Shown here: positions 35,750 to 49,412 of the stretch, piece by piece | Position numbering within the stretch: position 1 is the first letter of the stretch | Layout: every line of letters begins with the position of its first letter | Source: Octopus sinensis | Lineage: Eukaryota | Length of the DNA: 64,000 nucleotides | NCBI RefSeq assembly: GCF_006345805.1 | Contig: NC_042999.1 | Span: 107,818,001-107,882,000, forward strand | Direction: 5' to 3' | The notes under the pieces: generated by a model | Seen by the model: the letters and a program-made list of their open reading frames with translations, nothing else | What the model was told of the DNA's origin: nothing | Databases searched by the model: none | Made by a program: the position numbers and the translations under genes

Positions 35750-36218
35750 TTGAGAGTGTAGTGGGTGCTTTTACATGCCACCGGCATGAGGGCCAGTCAG
35801 GTGGTACTGGTAGCGACCACGCTCAAAAGGTAGTTTTTATATGCCACCTGTACGGGAGCCAGTCTGGCAGCACTGGCAATGACCATGCTCAAATGTTTTT
35901 CACATGCCACCGGTACATGTGCCAGTAAGGTGACGCTGGCAACGATCATGCTCAAATGGTGCTCTTTACATGCAAACAGCATGGGAACCAATCAGCAACC
36001 CTGGCAATAGCCATGCTTGGATGGTGCTTTTAATGTTCCACTGGCATGAGTACCAGTCAGGTGGTACTGTCATCGACCACGTCAGCGATTTTGATTTCAC
36101 TTGCCTCAACAAGTCTTCGCAAGCAAAGTTTATTGTCCAATGAATGAAGGATACTCATAAGTGGGCTGGTTATACACTACTGGCATAGGCCACGGGTCAT
36201 GGTCTCACTTGGCTTGCC
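35750..36218 (-). mobile_element. RTE-tail family fragment with internal ~55-58-bp tandem array
   Basis: About 5 units of ATGCCACCGGCA..GCCAGTCAGG..CTGGCAA.GACCA.GCTCAAATGGTG.TTTT. Confidence 0.65.
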
Positions 36219-39200
36219 AGTGTGCACACACATGTATCTCTCCATCTTTATGTCTGTCTATCTGCATACTTCTTGTGCTTATAAATATATTTCTTGTGCT
36301 TATAAGTAACAGCAAACAATATTAACATCAGTTATAAAAATAAAATCCTGATGCTTTATTTATTATATTCTATATATTTTAATATATTGTTGATCATCAA
36401 GTTCTCCCTGTTTTTCTAACTCTAAGAAGTGCAGTGAATCTGTGAACGTTTGAAACTAGTAACCAATGACACTCTTGTTCCCCAACTGCAATATAAAGTA
36501 TATAATGTTATTATTGTTGTTGGCCCCTGGTCAGTTTTGATCCTGCAGATCTATGCTGAAAAATGTTTCCGGCCATGATCATTTTGTAATTTTTGCTTTA
36601 GGGAGACTACATTACATAATGAATTCTTTCCTAACTTAAGTCAGTAGGATCTGATTTGAGTGAGATCTGACTGCTGTTTCTTGTAGGTCTACGACCATAT
36701 AGGGACTCCATTTTTGGATTGACTATGTAGCAAAGTTAGATATATCTGTGGTTTTTCTGCAAGCAACCTTCCAGAAAATGAACTAGCTGTAATTAACTTT
36801 AGCTTGTAAATTATGATAATTTTAAAATTGTCTCAGAATTTACTGGCATTAATCTTGTGAGTTTGTTATTTCTAGATCATTTAAACTGCTCCTAGTTAAG
36901 AAAACTAATTTCTTTTTGACCCAAGTATATAAAAAGGTCATCGGTACCTACTTTTGCTCTATTCTTTTCACCTGAGTAGAATCTTTTAATTTGTTGTTTA
37001 ATACATATAAGACAATTATCAATATCTGGGTATTCATTTGTAAGTTTTGGTTTTAGCCAATATATTCAAATTTTTTCCAAATAAGATATATTAAAATATT
37101 CTTGACCATGAGAATGTGAGAATTTTGTTTTTCTAGCAACATTAATTTTGTAAGATATTTTTTCTTGATTTGAAATCTTGCCCTAACTTGTCTCCTTATC
37201 AGTACCTCCCAAGCTGCAATTCTTGGGGTTTGTCTGATGTGATATAGTATGCAAGTTGAACATAAGACATCTGGCATCTCCACTGATTCTGACAACCATC
37301 TTTGATAATTTGAATAGTATACAATGCACATATTCAGTGTCAATAGCTTCCTCAAAAAAATGCCTGAAATTCTTGCTGGGAAAAATAGGTTCCATTATCC
37401 TTTTCTGTTCAAAATGCCACTGTAGATAATTTTTGATGGCTGATGCATTTAATTTATTTATAGTGATTTTTTTTTTCAGTTTTACTTTAACTGTGGGTCT
37501 AGTAATGTTTAATATTATATATTCTTAACTATGAATGTATAGAACACCTCTCAATCAATGATACCAATTCTAAGGAAGTAATGGTACCTTAAATAAAAGC
37601 TTCCTGTGGACTTGACAATGAGAACAACTTAATGTCACTTGCTTCCAGTCAACTATATCTGTCTATCTTGCAAAAATTTTATGTGTTTCTTAAATGATCT
37701 TTATGTAATATGTGTAATACTGAGGCTGTTTCCTTGTGAGAAATTATCTCTAAATCAGCAATCTCTAACTAACCTCACTACTCTACAAAAGTTTATCTTG
37801 TATCTCTTGGTCTCTCTGCATGCCATCTCCTGTATATGTGGCTAGGTATCATTGTTAGTTTATGCAACTTAGAGGTTAGTTTTCAGATTGTCTTGTAATC
37901 TACTAATGTCTTATTCGAGTTTTCTTTTATATCCTGAACTTCTAGTACATATATAATTTTCCCATCTTGTTTTTTTACATGATAAGGAAATAATTTCAAC
38001 AGTTCAGTTTCTCTTCCCTAACTTTTTTTTACTGTTAGCAACCATTATTTATCATTTCCGAAACTTTTATCCTATTTTCAAAACTAAAAAATTGTCATAT
38101 TGTCTGTTTCCATTATGATGCAATAGATTTAGTGCCAACGTCACTGTTATAATGGCCCTGAAAATATAACGGTAGAACTATGCCCAAGAAACAAAGATGT
38201 GAAGCAATGCATCAGAATATATAACAATGTGCATGTATATGATATACAAAGATCATAATTCAGTTTAAACTTGTGTCTTCATGAACAAATCTATTTTGAG
38301 TGGTTGACTGCAATCTTTTAATCCATCTTTTTTCTTTCCTGCCATGTTTAGTTATCTATAACACCATTTCATAGAAATTCTGTGTGTCCCAACCATGAGA
38401 TTTCTGCAAGTTTATGATCTCTTAAAAGTTCAAGTGTTACATTCTGTTATTTTGTGTGATATTTCATACTTGAAAAGAATTTAGGTGAGTCAGAATAGTT
38501 CAGTTGAATGGTATTTCGAAGTGGAATGGAAGAAGTGGCATTAATATCTGTCTGTTGTAGAGATTTCACTTTACATATCTGTCAACTGTTAATTTGATAA
38601 ATAGATTTAAAGCACTTAAAAGTTGTTTTCTAATTTTAACTGTAAAGATGACAGTGAGTAGGTGGCGGGGAAAGGAATAGTTGTGTGTGTGTGTGTGTGT
38701 GTGTGTATCTCTGCATTTTATTTTTTTGCTTACTATCTACAGAAATATGAAAGGGAAATTAAATTTTCACTTTTATTGAGATTTAAAAAATATATTCATC
38801 AAATGCATGTATGGTAATGCCATATTTATATCACAGTTGTTTTGAGAGCATATCAGGCATTGCAAAAAAGAAATCCACATCAAATGAGATGATAAAGCTA
38901 TGTGATATTCTTTACAGGATGTTCTCTAAATACAAGAAATGGAAGCAGTTGCGATAATATGAATTGTGTCTGACAAAAGACGGTAGGGAGGAGCAGACAG
39001 AAGACTCATAAAATTTGGTTTAATCTCTACATTACTGAAAGGTGGAAGCTAGTGGTCTCAGAGTCAGGGGTTTCAAAATCTAGTGTTTGCTGGTCTGCTG
39101 TGTCCATTACAAACCACAGAAAAAGATAAGCTGTTATGTATGTCTCTTCTACTTATAATACTTACTTAGTACTACTTTCAGGTCCAGCACTAAATACTTT

Positions 39201-39551
39201 TTCCCCCCAGTTCTTTTTACCACATCTACATAATGGAACAGCTTTCCTGTTCATTTTTACCTTACAAGCTTGAATTTTCTAGGAGTTGAATACCAATCAT
39301 ATTAATTTTTTCCAATTCTGGGAAGCCTTGCACGGTTCCCCTTCATGAAATATTCTTTGCTATCTACTATAATAATACTCTTGTGTTTTTCTCCGTCACA
39401 ACATATGATTGAGAAAGGAAGGGTGTTAGATGAATAAGGAAGGAAGGGATGATGACAAATTGGTAGTGGGAGTGTTTCAACTCTGTGAATGTACGTGTAT
39501 CTATGTAAAAGGGAGGTATGTGGATGTTTGTGTGCATACTCTTTTCTCTTT

Positions 39552-39945
39552 TTACCTTTTTATTTGTTTCAGCCATTTGACTGCGGCCATGCTGGAGCAC
39601 CACCTTTAATCGAGCAACTCAACCCCGGGACTTATTCTTTTTTTTTTGTAAGCCCAGTACTTATTCTATCGGTCTCTTTTGCCGAACCGCTAAGTAACGG
39701 GGACATAAACACACCAGCATCGGTTGTCAAGCAATGCTAGGGGGACAAACACACACACGCATATATATATATATACATATATACGACGGGCTTCTATCAG
39801 TTTCCATCTACCAAATCCACTCACAAAGCTTTGGTCGGCCCGAGGCTATAGTAGAAAACACTTGCCCAAAGTGCCACGCAGTGGGACTGAACCCGGAACC
39901 ATGTGGTTGGTAAACAAGCTACTTACCACACAGCCACTCCTGCGC
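39552..39945 (-). mobile_element. Young full-length CORE-like tRNA SINE
   Basis: Near-consensus, CpGs retained, internal (TA)n. Confidence 0.9.
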
Positions 39946-40324
39946 CTGCATGCGTGCAATGGAAGTGGGATGGTGAACATTCAATGCTGGAAAGAAGACT
40001 CAAACAGCATTTCAACTTTGTGTGAGTATATGTGTGTGCGTGTACAAGGGAAGTATGTGAAAGTTTGTATGTGTGAACTAGCGATCTTTAAGTAACAAAT
40101 GATGATCAATGCCACATCTCAAAAGACAACCACAAGATAACATTGACAAGTGTATTAATTTGATTTACCATCTATATATATATATATAAAAATACTACAA
40201 TTAGCCATCATTTTTCATTGGCACAGGGCCAGCTAGTACATGTAATAAAAATGACTTCACATAGGATATGATTTCAGTTCTACTGATATTTTATTAATTT
40301 AGATTAACGAGTCAATTATTCATC

Positions 40325-40695
40325 CATCCATCTTCTCGGTTCACTATTCTTGGGAAGGTCATTGGAGTATATAATTCTCAGGCACCTCCTCTATAAAATT
40401 CTACGGGAAGCAACTGTCAATATCATGGCTGGATTCCCAAGTGACCAAGATACCATCCAGTCATCATTTTCCTGATTTACCCCTGGGTCGCCTGCTGGCT
40501 TGAAGAATCAATCTTGTAATTCTTTACTGTGACATTCTAATCATATGTCCATAACACTGGAGCTGTGACCTCCTAGTACGGAGAAATAGTGACTCAAACT
40601 AGAGAGACTCCCTGATCTCCTGATCTCTGTGCTATGAGTCTTATCAAGTAATGTTACTCCAGAGAAACTTTTCAGTCTTTACATAACATTCGTGA
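40325..40695 (-). mobile_element. RTE-clade LINE 3' fragment, degenerate
   Basis: Minus translation includes GVTLLDK, EIRESL, LQCYGHMIRM and RRPRGK, matching the RTE LRWxGHVxRM region. Confidence 0.6.
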
Positions 40696-40800
40696 CCATA
40701 AGTAAGGATAAGCGCTAAAATTTAATTGAAGGTAGTGAGTTTGGCTTTTTTTTTCTTTTTTTTTTGCCAGCCTTTCCTCTTTGGAGGCGTCACTTATACT

Positions 40801-41004
40801 CTTTTACTTGTTTCAGTCATTTGACTGTGGCCATGCTGGAGCACCGCCTTTAGTCGAGCAAATTGACCCCAGGACTTATTCTTTGTAAGCCTAGTACTTT
40901 TTCTATCGGTCTCTTTTGCCGAACCGCTAAGTTACGGGGACCTAAACACTCCAACATCGGTTGTCAAGCGATGTTGGGGGACAAACACAGACACACAAAC
41001 ATAT

Positions 41005-41037
<33 letters not shown>

Positions 41038-41060
41038 ATATATATATATATAATATATAT

Positions 41061-41097
<37 letters not shown>

Positions 41098-41218
41098 GTA
41101 TACATATATACGACGGGCTTCTTTCAGTTTCCGTCTACTAAATCCACTCACAAGGCTTTGGTCGGCCCAAGGTGCCACACAGTGGGACTGAACCTGGAAC
41201 CGTGTTGTTCGTAAGCAA
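40801..41218 (-). mobile_element. Young CORE-like tRNA SINE with expanded internal (TA)n
   Basis: TTACTTGTTTCAGTCATTTGACTGTGGCCATGCTGGAGCACCGCC...GTGCCACACAGTGGGACTGAACC. Confidence 0.85.
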
Positions 41219-41282
41219 GCCACCAAACAAAATTTCATATTTAATTCTCATGGGAATTATTATTAAAAATATGAAGAAGGCA

Positions 41283-41482
41283 ACCAGCTGGCAGAATTAT
41301 TACTGAGCCAGGCAAAATTCTTAGTGCCATTTCATTTGTCCTTATGTTTTGAGTTCAAATGCCTTTCATTCCTTCAGGATTGATAAATTTAGTACCAATC
41401 ATTTACTGGGGTCAATGGGATCAAGTTACCCCCCCCCCCCCCGAAATTTCAAGCTTTGTGCCTATAGCAGAAAGGATTATTA
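41283..41482 (+). mobile_element. Meta-like SINE (tail B), degenerate
   Basis: GCTGGCAGAATT..GAGTTCAAATGCCTTTCATTCCTTC..CTTTGTGCCTATAGCAGAAAGGATTATT. Confidence 0.65.
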
Positions 41483-42097
41483 GAAGTATGAAGATTGTAA
41501 GGTTAAGGATCATATGATGACTGATTACATAGCCACAAGTTCTAATGGAGTTTCAGTCGGTTTTGTGCAAGGCATGTAACCCTGCTTGTTTCAATTCACC
41601 TAAAATAATTAAAAATAACTTTAATGTGAGCCAATGAAGTTATTTATTTATTTATTTATTTATTTGAGACTGTTCAACCTAATATAAACAGTCATCTTAA
41701 AAATGGGAGGACACATTGTAGAATGCTGGAGGCTTCAATGCTTTTGGTCATATGTCTACTGAACTGGAGCTGTTCTGAGGCTAAAGAACTTAAACAACTG
41801 CTTAGAATTTTTTTTCATGGTTGAATAGCTGAAAGCTGAAAGATCATTCAGCTATAAAAGCAACTTTCAACAAAGCACTATCTCACTTATTGAGTATTGA
41901 AACTGAAGTAGTAAAATAAAACTGTACGTTTCTTTTTTTCTTTTTTTTTTATTTTCTTTTGATTTATATAAATACTGTTAGGTAGCTCAAGCCAATATAG
42001 TCACTCAACCTACTAGACATAACCAAAATACCCCCCACAAATCACATCCTACCATTGTAAGAAAAAAAAACAAAACATATTTGAGAATATATATATT

Positions 42098-42265
42098 GCA
42101 GATATGGATGAATGGTAAGAAAGCTTGCTTCCTAACCATATGGTCATGGGTTCAGTCCCACTGCACAGCACCTTGAACAGGTTTCCTATTATCGGCTCTG
42201 GCTGACCAAAGTCTTGTAAGTGGATTTCGTAGATGGAAATTGAAAGAAGTCCATCACTTGTGAAC
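42098..42265 (+). mobile_element. CORE-like SINE 5' half
   Basis: GGTAAGAAAGCTTGC..GGTTCAGTCCCACTGCACAGCACCTTG. Confidence 0.65.
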
Positions 42266-42444
42266 AGTTCCCTTATTGTCAATGTTGCACTCGTGACAAT
42301 GTCACAGTACAATTGATTCAAATGTTAGCACCTAAAATATTAAATACTTAAGTACTACTTAATTTTTCAGACAATACAAAAACTTATCGAAATGGTTGTT
42401 TTGGTGCTTCTCTGGAATTGTTTTCAGTTAATTCTGTGCTAGGC

Positions 42445-42860
42445 ACAGGCATGACTGTGTGGCTAAAAGTTTGCTTCCTTGTCCACATGGTTCTAGATTT
42501 TGTCCCACTGTGTGGAACCTTGGGCAAGTTTCTTCTACAATAGTCCCAAGCTAACTCATACCTTGAGTGTATTTGGTAGACAGAAACTGAAAGAAAACCA
42601 TTGTGTGTGTATGTATATAGATTATATATATATACATGTGTGTGTTTGTTTCTTTGTTTATTCTCCACCACCTTTCAACAACTGGTATTGGTTTGCTTAC
42701 ATCCCACTAACTTAGCGGTTCAACAAAAGAGATCAATAGAATAAGTACCAGGCTTAACAAAAAAATAAGCATTGGGGTCTATCTATTGGGCTAAAATTCA
42801 TCAAGGTGGTGCTCCAGCATGGCTGCAGCTTAATGACTGGAACATGCAAAAGACAAAAGA
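42445..42860 (+). mobile_element. Full-length CORE-like tRNA SINE
   Basis: CAGGCATGACTGTGTGG..CCTTGGGCAAG..GCTCCAGCATGGCTGCAG. Confidence 0.8.
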
Positions 42861-44211
42861 TAGAGGTAAATATGTGCATATAATTACTTCATGTTGTTCA
42901 ACATCTACAATATTATGGAAAATGGAATAAACTACCTAACTTTATAATATTGTTTTGAGGAACTGAAGTACTCGATAGCTTTCAGTTAAATTCATAGCAG
43001 GCATTTCATTATATATCTGAACAGTAAGTCTCAATGCTGTCAAGAATAGTTACATGCGATATACTAACATCCTACCCAAATGAAAATTTGTATTAAATCT
43101 GCTAAAACCATGAAACCCGAGTTGGACAGGAGATTTTAAGAGAATCTTAGGGCTACTGAAGACATTTCTTAATTATAATAATTATGAGAAGTAATAGATA
43201 TCAAGTTTCATACTCTCTCCTTTGTAACAGATTGTAAGAGATCTTAATATTTGTTAATTTACACGGTAAAATGCAGTCGTTTACAAATTATAGTTTCTTG
43301 TTATTAGATAGATGCTGTTGAATATCTTAAAGTAAATTAGCAACTTATTCTAGTAAAATATCTTGGAATAGACTGCCTTTGTAATAGTTTTGTTACAATT
43401 ATAAACTAGACAAACAATTACTTTAAGCATGTATACCCAATGATTTTTCTTACATGTTGTTCTTAAAGATTAAAGTAACAACTCATTGTATGGACATATA
43501 GGCAATGCCCATGATTATATGAAGGTCTCCGAGACGGGGGGAGTGAAAAAGTAGTAATTATAATTCACAAGTTATAGTTAGATTGGAGATGTGGTCTGAA
43601 TGTTCACAACAGTTGATTTCTCCAAAGGTTGCCTGGGGTTAAATACTTGTGTTAAACCAAGCACTGGATTAAGTGAACAACCCAAATAATAAAGTTAAAA
43701 TAACAAATAGGAAATGGTTGTTGGCATTGTTTAGTTTCAGTCACAGGTATATCCTGATCAAGTAGACCCAAGGCTGTCTGGCTGTAACCATTCCATATTT
43801 TGTTTTTCAGATATAGTGTTAGCCATTTTTTTTAAGATGGTAAGGAGTACAATTTGAAAATTTAGCTGCTATTTCTAGCAGATAAAGTGGCCATATTGAT
43901 GCTCTCAGATTGGTTCAGTGGGAAAAGATTTTCTTTTGTAAACAACAAATCTTGAAAATCCTATAATTAAACTTGACATATATGGTTTATATTTAGATAC
44001 TGTGATACAAGGAATATTTGACATGAAACATCAGTTTTCCTCTTCAATAATTTCATCAAAATAACAAATCTCTTCAGCCTTTTCTACTTACATGAAAATA
44101 CAAGAATATGTTGGTAAATATATATATAAAACTCACAAAGTTGAAGTTTATTTGTTGTAAGTTGGAAGTGGGATTTTCTGAGACCCTTCTTTTACCTTTT
44201 ATCAATTAGAG

Positions 44212-44408
44212 TGGCCATATCCAGCCAAAATATTCTGTTTTATGTTCAAACCAGTCAGATCTGGCCTCTCACACCTACCCTACAATGTCATTCTAAAAAT
44301 AACACATCATCAAAATCTTAAGGCTATGAGATAATGCATGATTAATTCAAAACAACATGAATAAACAAACATTATATTTGACAGAATAATCTAAATTCTA
44401 AAGGTTTA
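44212..44408. mobile_element. piggyBac-like MITE (reverse orientation of 14582-14790)
   Basis: CAGATCTGGCCTCTCACAC..GAGATAATGCATG..TTTGACAGA. Confidence 0.6.
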
Positions 44409-44506
44409 AAGAAGTAAGGACATTTCTGTCAATGCAAAATAATATTCTTTATTTTTAAAAAGAAGGGTCATACCCAAAACATCAAATCTCTTCTCTTTGA
44501 TGATGC

Positions 44507-44612
44507 ATGACTCAGTGGTTAGAGCACTAGGCTTAGAATCACACGGTAGTGAGGTTGATTCCCAGACCTGGCTGTGTTGTGTTCTTGAGCAAGACACTTT
44601 ATTTCACATTGC
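44507..44612 (+). mobile_element. V/CORE-like SINE 5' half
   Basis: GACTCAGTGGTTAGAGC..GTGTTGTGTTCTTGAGCAAGACAC. Confidence 0.7.
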
Positions 44613-44613
44613 T

Positions 44614-45075
44614 TTCCATGCTGGCATGGGTTGAACGGTTTGACTGAGGACTGGCAAGCCAGGAGGCTGCGCTAGGCTCCAATCTGTTCTGGCAGGGTTT
44701 CTACAGTTGGATTCCCTTCCTAATGCCAACTACTCCGAGAGTGTAGTGGGTGCTTTTTACATGCCACCAGCATGGGGGCCAGGCAGCACTGGCAGCGACC
44801 ACACTCAAATGGTGCTTTTTATGTTCCACCCGCATGGGAGCCAGTCAAGCAGCATACTCGTATGGTATTTTTTATGTGCCACCGGCATGGGAGCTGGTCA
44901 GGTGGAATTGGCATCAACCACACTCGGATGGTGCTTTTTATGTGCCACCAGCATGGGAGCCAGTCAGGCAGCACTAGCATCAATCATGTTCGAATGGTAC
45001 ATTTTATGTGCCACCGGCATAGGAGCCAGTCAGCTAGCACTGGCACCGACCATGCTCGAATGGTGCATCAGCTTG
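44614..45075 (-). mobile_element. RTE-tail element with ~6-unit internal minisatellite
   Basis: TTCCATGCTGGCATGGG..CCTTCCTAATGCCAAC followed by repeated ATGTGCCACC.GCATGGGAGCCAGTC units. Confidence 0.7.
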
Positions 45076-45317
45076 AAAATATTTATTTTCCTAATTTTTT
45101 GTTTTTAACTCTTTAAAATTTTGAAGACCGAAATGTCTCTTTAATCAGTCAATAGATAATATAATGAAATTGGACATAGGCATAATCATATGTTTAATAA
45201 ATTTGCTTACATGGCTTTGTGTTCAATCCCATGTATAGTGAGAAAATGGCTTCTTTGTTGCTGTAAAAGTAAGACTTCTTAAATTGGTAATGGTTGTATG
45301 TTTAAGAAGCTAATAAC

Positions 45318-45350
<33 letters not shown>

Positions 45351-45351
<1 letters not shown>

Positions 45352-45812
45352 GTATAAAAGATGGGCTGCAGCAAATATTCTGCTCAATACCACAGATTTG
45401 CTTCTCGGTTGTTTGACTTTAACCAGTTGAGCATGTCCCTTAGTGGCTGACAATATGTGCATCTCTGATCACGAACAGAAGTAGTGGGGGAGCATCATAG
45501 CCATGTGCTGAGAGGGATTCTTTGGGGTTTGAATAATTCACCTCTGGAAACATGGGTGGTTCATTCAACATCCTTATTCAGGGACCTTTTGAGCAGGATG
45601 GGTTACTCGACCAGAAGAAAATTCTAACTGGGCCCCACCTGCAAGGTCATGTGCTGTTTATCTTGATATGAGATCACCATGTCGTGCACATATGGTTGTG
45701 AGGCATGTGCCTAGTGTACCCTTATCAGATGGATAATCATGATGGGTATACTGGGCTTCGTATATTTTACCCCAGTGTCACTTTGATGGCATACACTGTT
45801 CTCTCAGTCAAA
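45351..45812 (+). mobile_element. ~460-bp non-coding interspersed element embedded in (AAT)n
   Basis: Flanked by (AAT)n. Its 3' end recurs at 55982-56052, again ending in (AAT)n. Confidence 0.6.
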
Positions 45813-46094
45813 AATAATAGTAATACAGAAACATGTTCATAATTGTCTCCCATATTTACTGAAATAAAAAATAATATAATCATTGACAAATATTGTATTT
45901 TGGGTATTTTTGAGAATTTTTTATCACTACATAATTATTTCTAATTAGCATTTTAATGTTCCCTGTATTAAATAAATTAACACTATCTTAACTATTGACT
46001 TTTAGTTTAATTAAAATAATAAAATATTCATCTATAAAAACATCTTGAAAAAATATTTAGTGTTTTTTCCAATATGTCAAAATTATTCCTAAAT

Positions 46095-46270
46095 TCACAC
46101 ACTACTCTTTAATAATGAGTAGGAGAACTGTAGAAGAGTTGTATAAATTTTATTTGATGTGAAGAGTGAAGGATCAAATGATTCAGGCTCTTGACCTTCA
46201 TCTGAGAGTGAGGAAGAGAAGACAGTGTTGTCACTGCTTTGGTCACATGCAAATGAGTGAGGAATGAAAT
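46095..46270 (+). pseudogene. Possible piggyBac transposase N-terminus relic
   Basis: MSRRTVEE..LFDVKSEGSNDSGS..SSESEEE acidic N-terminus with a frameshift and stops; weak. Confidence 0.3.
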
Positions 46271-46692
46271 GAAGTGAATGAGTAGTATGGGGAGGAGGAA
46301 ATGAAGTGGTGCTGAAGTGGGGGAAGTAAAGAAAGAGAGAAGGGAAGTAGAGTAGGCTGTTTGAAATAGTAGTAATAGCTGGGTCAAGAAAAGATGAAAG
46401 ATAGTGGTGGACACAATACATACACTGATGAGCTAATATACAAATATATACACACTACAGTGTCATTGATGCACACGCTGTGGAAAACAGAAGAGACACA
46501 CATGCAAGCAAAGATGTAATAAAGGAGGAGAGGAAAGTGATGGTAGATGAAGTTTTTTTTTATTTAGAATCAAGGAAAGCCAGTTTGGCTGACCTGAAAA
46601 TGTGTAGTAAAATAGTAAAATCTGTGTGATATGTGGGGAAGGTAAAGTAGGTTGGAAGGAAGTGTGTGTGTGTGTGTACATATGTGTGTATA

Positions 46693-46756
<64 letters not shown>

Positions 46757-46782
46757 TGTGTGTGTGTGTGTGTATATAAAAT

Positions 46783-47083
46783 CTTGCTTCAGCCATGCAG
46801 GAGAACCACCTTGAAGGGTTTAGCCGAATAAATCAACTCCTGTACTTCCTTTTTTTTGTTAAGCGTAATACTTTTCTATTTTCTTTTCCCCAAACTGCTA
46901 ATTATGGGAATATAAATAAACCAACACCTGTTGTCACACACATCATCCCCACCAAAAAACACATGTGATGGGCTTTAGTTAGCCTAGTGCTATAATGGAA
47001 GACACTTGCTCAAGTGTCACACAGTGGGACTGAACCTAAGATCACATGGTGGGAATTGAACTTCTCAACCACACAGCCATGCT
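46783..47083 (-). mobile_element. CORE-like SINE, degenerate
   Basis: CTTGCTTCAGCCATGC..GACACTTGCTCAAG..GGGACTGAACC. Confidence 0.65.
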
Positions 47084-48189
47084 TCACACCTAAAATGCAA
47101 AAAAATATTAGTAGTTTTGTTTGAAAACTACATGTTTGAAAGCTACATGTTTTACAGTTCTGTAATCCAAGATGATTTTATTACAAGTATAGCATTTTCA
47201 GAGTTGAAACTGATACTTATTTTTTTTGCACATGTTCTTTTTTATATAAATTTTTATATATTTTATAACGACTTTAATATTACAATTTGTTATAAAGAAG
47301 AATAACCATCTTTGTGAAATAAGAGGTAATAGTAATTATAAGATGAAACAATAACTTGATCAAATTAGTAGCAGTAAAAAAAAAAAAAACTATAAGTCTA
47401 ACAGTTTTAGATGAAAAAAATGTCTAACTCAGATAAAAATATAAAAGAATTGTACAGCAAAGATATATTTTTAAAACAACTATCAAAATGACAAAGCAAA
47501 TAATTCAAAAAGGAAGGAATTTAATAATCAAAATGTTTGGCACTAATTTGCTATTCTTCCTTTTTTCAAAAACTAACATTGTTTATGGATGATGCCAACA
47601 GTGAAAAAAAACTATTTCAAAAAGTTATTATGCAACTTGTATTGTCAGGCATTTAAAAATAAAATGGCTGGAGGAACAAAAGGTTCAATGTATAATGTCA
47701 ATAATTAACAAAAAACTTTTTGAAAACAGTATTGGAAATTAAAGGCCTTAAGAACATAAGACATTTCCATTGCCTAGCTTTGGTACCTGTCTGTAAATTT
47801 TAACTCTAGCAGAAATAGAGACAATGATGTATCTATTGATTCTCAATACATTCTGTTAGATTCAAAAATGATTATCTAATTGTAATTTGTTTTTCATCAT
47901 TGGAAAGCCTCTCTCTTTAGATAATGTGTGTTCATGACATGTGATTTACCAATGTAAAGGGGTTTTAAAACATTGGTGTTTTGACTATTGTGTATCTTGT
48001 CAGTCAAAGCTACTCTAGGTCTAACAAGAGTACAGGTTCTTGCTTATAGAAATCAGCAAATAATTTGCTGATGTCTCTCAAACAAATCATAATTTATGAG
48101 GTGCTTACAGAACTGAGAACCCAAACAATTGCATTTTTATAATGTATTTATTCATTCTCAATATGTTTTAACAAATTCAAATGTGAATA

Positions 48190-48345
48190 GCTGCAGGCAT
48201 GAGTATATGATAAGTTTGCTTCCCAACTGGGTTCAGTCTAACTGTATGGCACCTTGGGCAAGTCTTTTCTGCTATAGACTCTGGTCAATCAAAAGCTTGT
48301 GAGTAGACAAGTTTTTGGGACACAAAAACTGAAAGAAGCCTGTCG
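48190..48345 (+). mobile_element. CORE-like SINE 5' half
   Basis: GCAGGCATGAG..GGCACCTTGGGCAAGTC..ACTGAAAGAAGCCTGTCG. Confidence 0.6.
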
Positions 48346-48634
48346 TGTGTGTGTGTGTGTATGTGTTATTGACTCCTTGCCTAAACAATGCATGATAAAC
48401 ATAAATGAATGTCTTAGTCATGCAAGTAGTATCCTTCATTCTCAATCTTTTGTGAAACTTATTTGGTCATGAGAGTAGTTATTACCTTACTTAGAAACAA
48501 GGGAGGATTTATGACATGAAGGGGCATTGTCAGAAAATGTCCGCCTGGTGTAAAGCATTGAAAGTGGACTTTAAAAATGATGGTGATGAATGATTGGTGA
48601 CTGCTGTTGTTTTTTGGGGGTTTTTTGCTATCAG

Positions 48635-48725
48635 AGAACATCACATTTTCTACAGTGCCATCGGAGAGCATCTCCACACTTTCCACAATGCAATTAACCA
48701 TAAAAAAAAGGACATTGAAACACTG
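48635..48725 (+). CDS. Candidate internal exon ((R)EHHIFYSAIGEHLHTFHNAINHKKKDIETL)
   Basis: TTTTTTGCTATCAG acceptor, CTG|GTATTT donor, open frame; unidentified. Confidence 0.25.
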
Positions 48726-49336
48726 GTATTTCAAACTTTGTGTTTATGTTGTTATTAAATTGATTAAATTATGGTGAGTTTATTTAGCATTTAACTCGGA
48801 TACTTCACTGAGTTAAAAAAAAAAAAAATTATGAGAAAGTAATTCTAGAAAACTGTATATCAATGTTAAAATGACATGTCTGAAATACAAAGGAAATAAA
48901 TATCTGGCAAAATTACCAAAACAAGTTATGACACTGTGTGTATGTGTTTAGATATGTATGAGTGAGTGTATGTATAAAAATGTATGTATGTGTATGTATA
49001 AACCTACATATGTATAATTATATATATACATCCGCGCTATATATATTCATAAATATTTGCATATGCAAATATGTACATGTATGTATGTGTATTCATATAC
49101 ATGTTTGCATATGAATATATGTGTATATATTCATATACAAGTGTATGTGTCTGTGTGTGAATGCAAAATATATATACTGTTAAACTTAGATATATTGGTT
49201 TTTTGTACTCATGTTGATTGAGTTTGCCTTTGTATAGATTTTTTTTCTTTTGTGAGATGCAGCATTTTATAAACTGAAGTAGTCGCAAATTTGTCTTTTA
49301 GGCAATATATAACAATATTCCTTAGAGTTTTTGCAG

Positions 49337-49412
49337 CCTGGCTGAAATATTTGAAATTTCAGTTGTACTTGTTCAGCAAATGGCTTGGCGTGAGACTAAT
49401 TTGGAAACTGAA
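49337..49412 (+). CDS. Candidate internal exon (LAEIFEISVVLVQQMAWRETNLETE)
   Basis: TTTTTGCAG acceptor, GAA|GTAATA donor; unidentified. Confidence 0.2.

Noticed and set aside
36150-36218. Possible HDV-like ribozyme on the minus strand of the RTE-tail element
   Set aside because: P1 pairs poorly and J4/2 lacks the conserved C-N-A-A; related copies continue past this point.
44755-45070. CRISPR-like array
   Set aside because: Eukaryotic context, degenerate head-to-tail units with no unique spacers, and no cas genes.
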